This document shows positions 10,305 through 17,562 of a stretch of 32,000 nucleotides of DNA, piece after piece. Source of the stretch: Candidatus Electrothrix yaqonensis. GTDB lineage: Bacteria > Desulfobacterota > Desulfobulbia > Desulfobulbales > Desulfobulbaceae. Numbering within the stretch: the stretch's first letter is position 1; each line of letters starts with the position of its first letter. The notes beneath the pieces are model-generated. The model saw nothing but the letters and a program-made list of their open reading frames with translations. It was not told the DNA's origin and ran no database searches. The translations under genes were made by a program, and so were the position numbers. The stretch covers positions 3,660,001 through 3,692,000 of the forward strand of contig CP178758.1 of the NCBI GenBank assembly GCA_047651235.1, written 5' to 3'.

Positions 10305-10333
10305 ATTTTACAGGGTGTTTGAAAAGGCGTCAA
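10305..10333 (-). promoter_or_regulatory. Candidate strong sigma70 promoter for the RND gene (TTGACG-N17-TAAAAT on the minus strand)
   Basis: Minus strand reads TTGACG (10333-10328), an exact 17-nt spacer, then TAAAAT (10310-10305). It sits ~50 nt upstream of the ATG at 10256, which is preceded by a GGGAG SD. Confidence 0.45.
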
Positions 10334-10429
10334 GGGAGGAGTGCGTCTGAGGCCTCGGCAAGCCCACATTTTGGCTGAGCTGTGACGGAGTAGTATATTC
10401 GCGCTTGCGACAAACCAGGCGCGGAAGTC

Positions 10430-10538
10430 ATATAGCTGGAGCAGTATAAACTGAATACAGGATCAGCTATCTGAAAGGCGTGAAGGCAAAACTTATGCCT
10501 CTTGTGGGCATATTCAAATTATGTTGCTCCAGCTATAT
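10430..10538. repeat. 109-bp element bounded by perfect 14-bp inverted repeats (ATATAGCTGGAGCA / TGCTCCAGCTATAT); MITE-like or a structured RNA
   Basis: Arms at 10430-10443 and 10525-10538. The 81-nt interior holds three small 4-bp hairpins with 7-nt loops: GTAT-AAACTGA-ATAC, GGCA-AAACTTA-TGCC, CATA-TTCAAAT-TATG. There is no ORF. Confidence 0.5.
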
Positions 10539-10617
10539 ACCTTCTTTTTGTGCTTCGAGCTTGCTCGGGCGTTTCCCTTTGTTCGATTTTGCTTTTGGAA
10601 CGACAGGGTTGGGATCT

Positions 10618-11366
10618 TCAATATAAATTATAAATTATTTGGTCTTTATGAACATCTGCCATGAACTTTTCATCGTTATTATCAAGTTTCCGAAGAAATT
10701 GAGAATTCTTCCCGTAAAAACCATCACAACCCACCCAGTTACAACGAACGCCATTCTTTCGCGCATGGAAAACCATGTCAAGAGCCTGCTCATGCTTTGT
10801 TTGGAAAACAATTTTATCGGCGGGAATCTTGGCCTTAAGACAACGTTCCTTGTCATCCGTCCAGCTTTTCGGTAAATACAGCCGACAGTCGATCGGCGTT
10901 GAAAAGCGACCATATCCCAAAGTTGCAAACACTACTACTTGACAGTTGTCGGTTTTACCAAGCTGCCCGCACCATTGACGAGAAACCCCAACAGACATTT
11001 TACCCTTTTTGGGTATCCCGGATTCATCAATAAAAAGAGCGCTATCTTCCTTTCCTCCAAAAATGTTATCCGCATCTTTAGCTACGTGGTTGTTTACAGG
11101 ACGCCAATCCCAGTTCGATTCGGAAAGAAAATACTGGAGGGGCTCATATTTAACGCCCGGAACCTTTTCCTCCATACGTTCCATGTTTTTTTGTCAGACT
11201 GGAATAAACCTTTCAAGTATTGGAATGCTTTATCTGACAAACTTACTGTATGTCTCTTAAAAAAGAGATGATATCTTTCGTGAAAAGACGTAAGTTGCCG
11301 GGCGATGCCGGTCAACTCAAAGAATTTGTCATGGGGACTTCTTTTTTCGGGGCTGGGAGCGTTCAT
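10618..11366 (-). pseudogene. IS701-family transposase, frameshifted and 3'-truncated. The IS remnant extends to about 11545, where composition switches to GC-rich
   Basis: Two ORFs (11094-11366 and 10618-11184) join into one IS701-type sequence: ...YLKGLFQSDKK/NMERMEEKV...WDW...FIDESG.PKKG..SVGVSRQWCG.LGK.DNCQV.V...LYLP..W. The frame break is at the T7/A7 run at 11186-11192. The protein stops at roughly 60% of the usual family length. Confidence 0.75.
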
Positions 11367-11545
11367 AAAAAGAATAAAGTTATAATCAGGGCGATTGACG
11401 GGTATTTTTTTGATAGCTGTTATCAGGTGCTATCTTGATCAAAAAGCGATAAAATTTTCCTAATGAAAGATACAACTTTATCCGGATATTGTAAGAAGTT
11501 TTTACAAATAGATCAAAAGGTTATGGTTGACAAAGTAGAATTAGG

Positions 11546-13652
11546 GGTGTCAGCATCAGGACCTCCCTTGCCAGTCGGCCCTGTCGCACCATCGGGGGGG
11601 CCATAAGGCCAGTTTCAGTCCCAAGGCGTGAAATGGGTGACCGCTACCCGCCAGAAGGTCGCTCCCGGAGCATACCGGCTTGCATCTCCCAAACCGGTCA
11701 CTTCATCGGCAAAGGAACCGTCATTGTTCAGATCATCCGGCGCATCGTCTCCGGTCGAATCCAAGGCATCAACAACACCATCGCTGTCCGTATCCAGCAG
11801 CTTAACCACGACACCGTTTTCAGACGGTACCCAAACCCCGCGATCCCGGTCGTAATACCCGACGGGCACGGCCTCACCAACATCGAATCCAAGGAAGTTG
11901 TCCACCCAGACTATAACCGGTTTCTCAAAGCGCACCCGTGCCGCCCCGTCCACCGAAAGTTCAGAACAATAGGTATAGGCAGAATTGGGCGGCAGTGCCG
12001 CAGGCATGGATTCTTGGGTTTTGAACTCCGTGGCCCTGGTAGTGATATTTGATAATTCCTGAATATCGTTGCCCTGCTCATCAAGCAAATACGCCTTGTT
12101 ATCGCCCTGGAAAACCATCGTCGCGGACCGGTTGCCGAACTCGTCGCTGATCTCTGTGCTTGTATGGGTCACCACTGTGTCAGGGTTGCCGTCAAAGCTG
12201 ATCGTAGTGGCGACTGGATCTTCAGTCAGTAGCTGCACAGTTTCAGCAACCGCAATATCATTCCAGGGCACAGAAACCTGACGGTGCGAGGTGATAAAAC
12301 CATCATGCGTATAGGCAAGGGTCATGGTACCGCCGCCCTCAACAGGAATGGTGAACCTGCCCTCGGTATCAGTGAGCACGGTGCCGTATTCAGGATGGCC
12401 ATGCACCGTGATCCGCACATCCGCCAGCGGCGATCCGGCCAGATTCTTTACCAGGCCGGTAATCAGGGCAAATCGTTTTTCATCGTATGCATCGACGGTC
12501 GCATCCTCAGGGACAAGGTCGTCATACTGCTCCCCATACGAGCCTTCCGGCTGCGGTTCCGGGCTGCCCGTCACCTGCACCGTCACCTGTGCGCTGACCG
12601 TGCCTTTCGTGCCTGAACCGGTAATGGTGTAGGTGGTGGTATGTTCGGGAGTTACGCTCAGAGAATCATTTGCCGCGACTGCACCGATTCCGTTGTCGAT
12701 GCTGACAGTATCAACGTTGCTGCTCTGCCAGGACAGCTCGGTGGAGGCACCGAGGGCAATGCTTTCCGGGTCTGCGGAGATTGTAATTGTGGGGCCAGCG
12801 GGTAATACTTCTACCGTGGCGGTATCCGAGGCGGTGCCGCCGGGACCGATGGCGGTAATTGTGTAAGTGGTCGCGGCAGTCGGCTGCACGGAAAACGAGC
12901 CGTTGAGATCAACCGCGCCGATGCCGTTATCAATGCTCACGGAATCAGCATTTGTGCTGGTCCAGGAAAGCTGCGAACTGCCGCCCGCTATGATGGAGGC
13001 CGGATCGGCGGACAGAGAAACCGTAGGCGGCTGAAAGACGGTGAGCGTGACGCTTTCGGTGACCGTGACGCCCGCACCGGTGGCAGTGATTGTGTAGGTG
13101 GTCGTCGCGGTCGGTGCTACGGAAACGGAGCCGTTGAGGTCAACCGGACCGATGCCGTTATCGATGCTGACAGTGTCGGCATTGTCTGACGACCAAGACA
13201 ATTCAGCGCTCTGACCCGATGCTATGGACTGAGGAGTTACCGTCAGTGCCGCAGCGGGCAGGTCTGCATCAACGGTCAGCCATTTCTTCAGGTAACTCCA
13301 GGGCTTCCTGTTGATCTTGATGTTTAAGCTGCTTTCCAGCAGATCGACCAGGAATTCCAGTGAAAAAACGTTCCGGTTGAAATCTTTGGGGGTGAATATT
13401 TCAGCCCCAAGGATCTGTACCCGGGCACTGCTGATCCGGCCTTTTCTGACTCCATCGCTGTTGCGCACATGGACGCACATGGAGACGCCCCTGTTTGGGG
13501 ATTGCTCGAAAAGAATCGTTGAAAACGTTGGGCTTCCCCGACGTACGGGTATATTTGACAGGCCCAAGGACTGTGACTTCAACGGCTTCAGAGGTGCTTA
13601 CTGAAAGCAATGCGAAAAGCGTAAACAGGAGGAAGTAGGTTGTTTTTCTCAT
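11546..13652 (-). pseudogene. Secreted Ig-like-repeat / CarboxypepD_reg / Rhs-teneurin-like N-terminal region protein, inactivated by frameshift, in-frame TGA and IS truncation
   Basis: A signal-peptide ORF (13401-13652, MRKTTYFLLFTLFALLSVSTSEA) runs in a different frame into the 655-aa ORF 11615-13582. After the TGA at 11615-11617 the same frame stays open (NWPYGPPDGATGPTGKGGPDAD) as far as the AT-rich IS701 sequence. No YD/RHS shell or toxin tip follows. Confidence 0.7.
12563..13261 (-). repeat. Three tandem ~78-aa Ig-like domain repeats (coding) within the pseudogene
   Basis: The pattern ...SA(D/T)P.SI..G.S..LSW.S.N(A/V)D(S/T)VSIDNGIG.V...(G/D)S.SV.P...TTYTIT..G..G... occurs three times in succession. 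Confidence 0.8.
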
Positions 13653-13865
13653 AAGAGGTTGGCCTGGCCGGGAGACTAATTGCGAATATTTATTATTAAA
13701 TATGATATCTCCTATACTTTTTGTATGAAAAAGTCAAGAGAAAAATACCCGGAACAATGCCTTCTTTACAGGCCGCCAGTTATCTGGTACAAGAAGAAAT
13801 GAAAATATAACTAACAGTTACTCTATTGTACCTGGAGATCAGACGGAATATTCCCCGCCCCGATA

Positions 13866-15695
13866 ATGAAAAACAAATCCATATCCTTCTGCGGCCAGAA
13901 CCTCGTCATCAGATATCTGCCCCAAGCTGCCACGGCTGTTGACATTGCCTTTGCCGGTTTTTCGGCAGGCAACCCGCTTGATCCGGTTGCAACGTTTGAT
14001 GTTCTGTTCGATCAGGAGACAGATTCTTTTTCTGTCACAACCGAGGGCGAAGAAATCGGCGCCGAACTGGATCTTGCTGATCTTACTCTGCTCCTCTCGG
14101 CCCGTGCAGCATATGAATTTGCCTGTACCATAACCGACGGACTGGTGATCTATGGAGCTGCTGTGCAGGCCAGCGGCGGGAGTATACTTATTCCCGGCAG
14201 GACAGAAAACAGCAGGCTCATTGCCTGGCTTGTTCAGCAGGGATACAAATATCTGACGAGCGAACTGATCTGTCTGGCGCAGAACGATCAGCTGTTCGCT
14301 TCTCTACCCTGCCCGCTTTTTATCAGACAGGAGGAGCGGCCTGTACTCGAACCGATTATCATGGAGTTCATAGCCCCGAAAAACAGCAGTCGAATACTGC
14401 GCAGCAGGACAGGCATGGTGCTCTCCTCCGGCATTCTTTCTGATGATTTTTCCGGCGAACCCGCTGCAGGGCAGCAGAAACTGGCCTTTCTTCTCTTTGC
14501 AGAGTATCAGCAAAATAGCCGCTTCTCCCTTGAGTCTGTCAGTCCGGCTCAGGCAACCGGACGGCTCATGGGATGTCTGGCAAATCATCATAAATTAGGG
14601 ACAAAAAACGTTACCCGGCTTGCCGCCCTGACCCGGCAGATTCCGGCTCTGTCTCTCCGATATGCGGACCTCGGACAGCTGGAAAACATTCTGCCGCCGA
14701 TTCTTGATTTTATCCTTGCAGCCGAAGGCACCCGGCCGAACCTGCAGCGGGCTGCGCTTAAAGCATTTTCCCGCCTGACAGCAGCAGAGCATCCGCCGCA
14801 GAAACAATTATTTCTTCTACAGCAGGCTACTCCGCCGGGGAAAAAAAGAAAAATTACCATCGGCATGGCCACCTATGATGACTTTGACGGGGTATATTTT
14901 TCTGTTCAAGCCCTGCGGATGTACCATCCTGAAATTATCGATCAATGCGAAATCCTGGTTATTGACAACCATCCGGACGGCCCCTGTGCGGAGAGTCTGA
15001 AAAAACTGGATACGTCCATTGACGGCTACCGCTATGTACCCCTGCCGGATGTGCAGGGGACAGCCGCCGGACGGAACGCCCTTTTTCAACATGCCGGGGG
15101 AGATTATGTCCTCTGTATGGACTGCCACGTTTTTCTTGTTCCGGGCGCAGTACACAAACTGGCAGAGTATTTTTCAGCCCACCCGGACAGTCCTGACCTG
15201 CTCCAGGGCCCTATGATTCACGACAATCTGAAAAGTATTTCCACCCATTTTAAACCGGTCTGGCGGGGCGGCATGTACGGCGTCTGGGGACATGACCCGC
15301 GCGGTGATGATCCTGCCGGAGAACCGTTTGATATTCCCATGCAGGGCGTCGGTCTTTTTGCCTGTCGCCGCAAGGCCTGGCCCGGATTTAATCCGAGTTT
15401 TTACGGATTCGGGGCGGACGAAGGATACATTCACGAAAAATTCCGCCAAGCTGGCGGCCGAACCCTCTGCCTGCCGTTTCTCCGCTGGCTGCACCGTTTT
15501 GACCGCCCTATGGGAGCACCCTATCCTGTCCACTGGAAAGACCGTATCCATAATTATCTGCTCGGATTCACCGAGCTCGGTTTGGATACCGCCCCGGTCA
15601 AGGACCATTTCACTAAGCTGTTGGGTGCGGAAAAAGTAGCAGCTCTCTTTAAAGAAATTGAGAAAGAAATAGCCGGTTCCCCCTCCTGCCCATGA
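13866..15695 (+). CDS. Fusion protein: N-terminal HprK-related-kinase-like domain with a degenerate P-loop, plus a C-terminal family-2 (GT-A) glycosyltransferase
   Basis: Residues ~1-300 are paralogous to the kinase at 21051-21959. Compare ISFCGQNLVIRY / IVGFCGQYVRIS, and AAVQASGGSILIPGRTENSRLIAWLVQQGYKYLTSEL / AAAVLCGKKGVLIPGNTGAGKSTFAAWLTACGCGYLTDEL. The GxGKS Walker-A is replaced by ENSR. Residues ~330-560 carry GT2 features: ITIGMATYDD, LVIDNHPDG, YVLCMDCH. Confidence 0.7.
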   Translation: MKNKSISFCGQNLVIRYLPQAATAVDIAFAGFSAGNPLDPVATFDVLFDQETDSFSVTTEGEEIGAELDLADLTLLLSARAAYEFACTITDGLVIYGAAVQASGGSILIPGRTENSRLIAWLVQQGYKYLTSELICLAQNDQLFASLPCPLFIRQEERPVLEPIIMEFIAPKNSSRILRSRTGMVLSSGILSDDFSGEPAAGQQKLAFLLFAEYQQNSRFSLESVSPAQATGRLMGCLANHHKLGTKNVTRLAALTRQIPALSLRYADLGQLENILPPILDFILAAEGTRPNLQRAALKAFSRLTAAEHPPQKQLFLLQQATPPGKKRKITIGMATYDDFDGVYFSVQALRMYHPEIIDQCEILVIDNHPDGPCAESLKKLDTSIDGYRYVPLPDVQGTAAGRNALFQHAGGDYVLCMDCHVFLVPGAVHKLAEYFSAHPDSPDLLQGPMIHDNLKSISTHFKPVWRGGMYGVWGHDPRGDDPAGEPFDIPMQGVGLFACRRKAWPGFNPSFYGFGADEGYIHEKFRQAGGRTLCLPFLRWLHRFDRPMGAPYPVHWKDRIHNYLLGFTELGLDTAPVKDHFTKLLGAEKVAALFKEIEKEIAGSPSCP

Positions 15696-15760
15696 AATTG
15701 CACAATCCCGCAGCATAATTCCGGACATCCTCGGCAACAGGCTCCGGGCAGGAACTGGAA

Positions 15761-16864
15761 TTATGTGCAGAGATTGAACAGATAGCCGGTAAAGAGAATC
15801 CCTGACCCGACCACGGCAATAAACACAGCGATCAGCTTGGGTTTGAGCACCTTGCGCAGAATCACCATTTCCGGAAGAGAGAGAGCGATAACGCTCATCA
15901 TAAAGGCCAGCACCGTGCCGAGGGCTGCGCCCTTGCCCAGCAGGGCCTCCATAACCGGAATAATCCCGGCAGCATTGGAGTACATGGGAATGCCGAGTAC
16001 GACCGCAGCAGGAACAGACCACCACTGCTCCCTCCCCATAACTGAGGCCATAAAGTCTTCCGGCACGTATCCGTGAATGGCCGCTCCGGCCGCTATTCCG
16101 GCAACCACATAGAGCCAGACTTTGCCTACGATCTCCCGGACTGCTGTCCGGCCTTGTTCCACCCGGTCGGCCCAAGTCAGTTTTTTCTCGATCACCAGCT
16201 GCTGGACATTGCGCATCTCTTGGACCCAGTCCTCAATCCAATGCTCAAGCTGCAGCCGCCCGATGACCCACCCGGCAACCACAGCAATAGTCAGACCGGA
16301 CACGAGGTAGAGCGAGGCGGTTTTCCAGCCTAACAGGCCGTACAGCAAGATCAATGCTACTTCATTGACCATGGGAGCGGCAATGAGAAACGAAAAGGTC
16401 ACACCCAGCGGTATTCCTGCCTGCACAAAGCCGAGAAAAAGCGGCACCGCCGAGCAGGAGCAGAACGGGGTGACAATCCCCAGCAGCGCGGCCAGCACAT
16501 GCCCGGCAGCCTGTCCCCGACCGGCAAGGTATTTCCGCGTCCGCTCGCGGGTAAAGAACGAACGGATCATGCCGATAAGAAAGACGACCAGGGTCAGGAG
16601 GAGCAGGACCTTGGGGGTATCATAGACAAAGAACTGCACAGCCTTGCCGAGGTGACTGCCCTCTGTAAGTCCGAGTATTCTGTAGGCAAAAAAACGGGAA
16701 AAGGGCAGCAGCTGCGAATAGAGAAGAAACCACAGGGCGAGCCCTCCTCCTGCCGCAACAATTTGGCGTATTCTGTCGGGGTACCCCTGCGTTCTGTCTT
16801 GTCCGTTTTCCTGTTTTTTTTCCTGTGCGGTACAGCCGCAGCCGATCGGTTGAAGAGGTTCCAT
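15761..16864 (-). CDS. Permease of the DUF318/ArsP-like family (YraQ-type), ArsR-associated
   Basis: 367 aa and polytopic. It has the family-typical TPFCSCSAVP motif and an N-terminal CGC. It lies 14 nt downstream of arsR on the same strand. Confidence 0.75.
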   Translation of the reverse strand: MEPLQPIGCGCTAQEKKQENGQDRTQGYPDRIRQIVAAGGGLALWFLLYSQLLPFSRFFAYRILGLTEGSHLGKAVQFFVYDTPKVLLLLTLVVFLIGMIRSFFTRERTRKYLAGRGQAAGHVLAALLGIVTPFCSCSAVPLFLGFVQAGIPLGVTFSFLIAAPMVNEVALILLYGLLGWKTASLYLVSGLTIAVVAGWVIGRLQLEHWIEDWVQEMRNVQQLVIEKKLTWADRVEQGRTAVREIVGKVWLYVVAGIAAGAAIHGYVPEDFMASVMGREQWWSVPAAVVLGIPMYSNAAGIIPVMEALLGKGAALGTVLAFMMSVIALSLPEMVILRKVLKPKLIAVFIAVVGSGILFTGYLFNLCT

Positions 16865-16878
16865 TTCCGCTCCTTCGG

Positions 16879-17223
16879 TTATTTTTGTTTGGAAGCGCGT
16901 AACGCTGCTGCATCCGGCAGGGCAGCGAGCATCTGCTGCACCGCCGAGTCATCATTCAGCCAAGCGGACAGCTGTATAAGCATGGTTTCGGCATATATTG
17001 AATCACCATCTGCCAAGCTGTAGAGAATCCATGTACCCTGCCGCCTCCGCCTGACCAGACCGGCTTCTTCAAGAATTTTCATATGCTTTGAAACCGTGGG
17101 CTGAGCCAGCCCCAAAACGTGCTGAATTTCGCAGACGCAGAGTTCATCGCGCTCCAATATTTTCAGGACTCCAACCCTGTTGGGGTCGGAAAGGGCCTTC
17201 ATGATACGGATGAATTGTTGCAT
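16879..17223 (-). CDS. arsR: ArsR/SmtB-family metalloregulatory transcriptional repressor
   Basis: 114 aa. LSDPNRVGVLKIL...ELCVCEI...LGLAQPTVSKHMKIL..AGLV..RR.G.W..Y is the canonical wHTH with the CVC metal/metalloid site. Confidence 0.9.
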   Translation of the reverse strand: MQQFIRIMKALSDPNRVGVLKILERDELCVCEIQHVLGLAQPTVSKHMKILEEAGLVRRRRQGTWILYSLADGDSIYAETMLIQLSAWLNDDSAVQQMLAALPDAAALRASKQK

Positions 17224-17299
17224 AGTTGCAGTTCCTGCTCCTCGGCGGATTGTTTACCGGCAACTGCCTGCACCGTTTGAAGTATTCTTTGGCTTCATT

Positions 17300-17325
17300 T
17301 ATTCCTATATTGCAATATAGGAATA
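17300..17325. promoter_or_regulatory. 26-bp perfect palindrome TATTCCTATATTGCAATATAGGAATA; probable ArsR operator
   Basis: Hand-checked perfect dyad symmetry, ~77 bp upstream of the arsR ATG. It overlaps the predicted -10 of the arsR promoter, which is typical ArsR/SmtB operator geometry. Confidence 0.6.
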
Positions 17326-17343
17326 TTATGATCTGCCTGTCAA
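17314..17343 (-). promoter_or_regulatory. Candidate arsR promoter (TTGACA-N18-TATATT on the minus strand)
   Basis: Minus strand: TTGACA (17343-17338), an 18-nt spacer, TATATT (17319-17314). The -10 lies inside the palindrome. Confidence 0.45.
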
Positions 17344-17363
17344 GTTGATATTTTCGTCACACA

Positions 17364-17437
17364 GGAAAAGTAAAGGAAGTAAAGGAAGTAAAGGAAGTAA
17401 AGGAAGTAAAGGAAGTAAAGGAAGTAAAGGATAAAGG
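17364..17437. repeat. Tandem 9-bp repeat GGAAGTAAA: 6 perfect copies (17375-17428) plus a degenerate copy at each end
   Basis: Read directly: GGAAAAGTAAA (GGAAGTAAA)x6 GGATAAAGG. It is intergenic, between the arsR -35 and the -35 of the 17563 gene. Confidence 0.95.
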
Positions 17438-17482
17438 GAGGTGCTGGACAGCGGAAGAACCCGGAGAATTATCTGGAAAAAA

Positions 17483-17511
17483 TTGACAATTCTGCATAAA
17501 AAAGGTATTTT
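17483..17511 (+). promoter_or_regulatory. Candidate sigma70 promoter for the 17563 gene (TTGACA-N17-TATTTT)
   Basis: TTGACA at 17483-17488, a 17-nt spacer, TATTTT at 17506-17511. A GGGAGG SD at 17552-17557 sits 5 nt before the ATG. Confidence 0.45.
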
Positions 17512-17562
17512 TCTGATTATGTTGGACGGATAGAATTTCATATACTTGTACGGGAGGATCTG

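Noticed and set aside
11186-11192. Programmed -1 ribosomal frameshifting on the A7 run of the IS701 transposase
   Set aside because: As far as I know, the IS701 family encodes a single-ORF transposase. I see no downstream stimulatory structure, and the element is truncated anyway, so a mutation or homopolymer error is more likely.
11615-11617. TGA as a selenocysteine codon in the Rhs-like gene
   Set aside because: The gene has an independent N-terminal frameshift and is truncated by an IS ~70 nt downstream. Only a weak 4-bp hairpin follows the TGA, so a nonsense mutation is the more economical reading. I kept it as a finding only because the check is cheap.
15174-16175. 333-aa minus-strand ORF spanning the end of the GT2 fusion and the start of the permease region
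   Set aside because: It overlaps two well-supported genes on both strands. The translation is Arg/Gly/Ser-rich with no recognisable domain, so it is a shadow ORF.
17364-17437. Possible CRISPR array
   Set aside because: The units are 9 bp and directly abutting with no spacers, and no cas genes are in the window. This is a simple tandem repeat.
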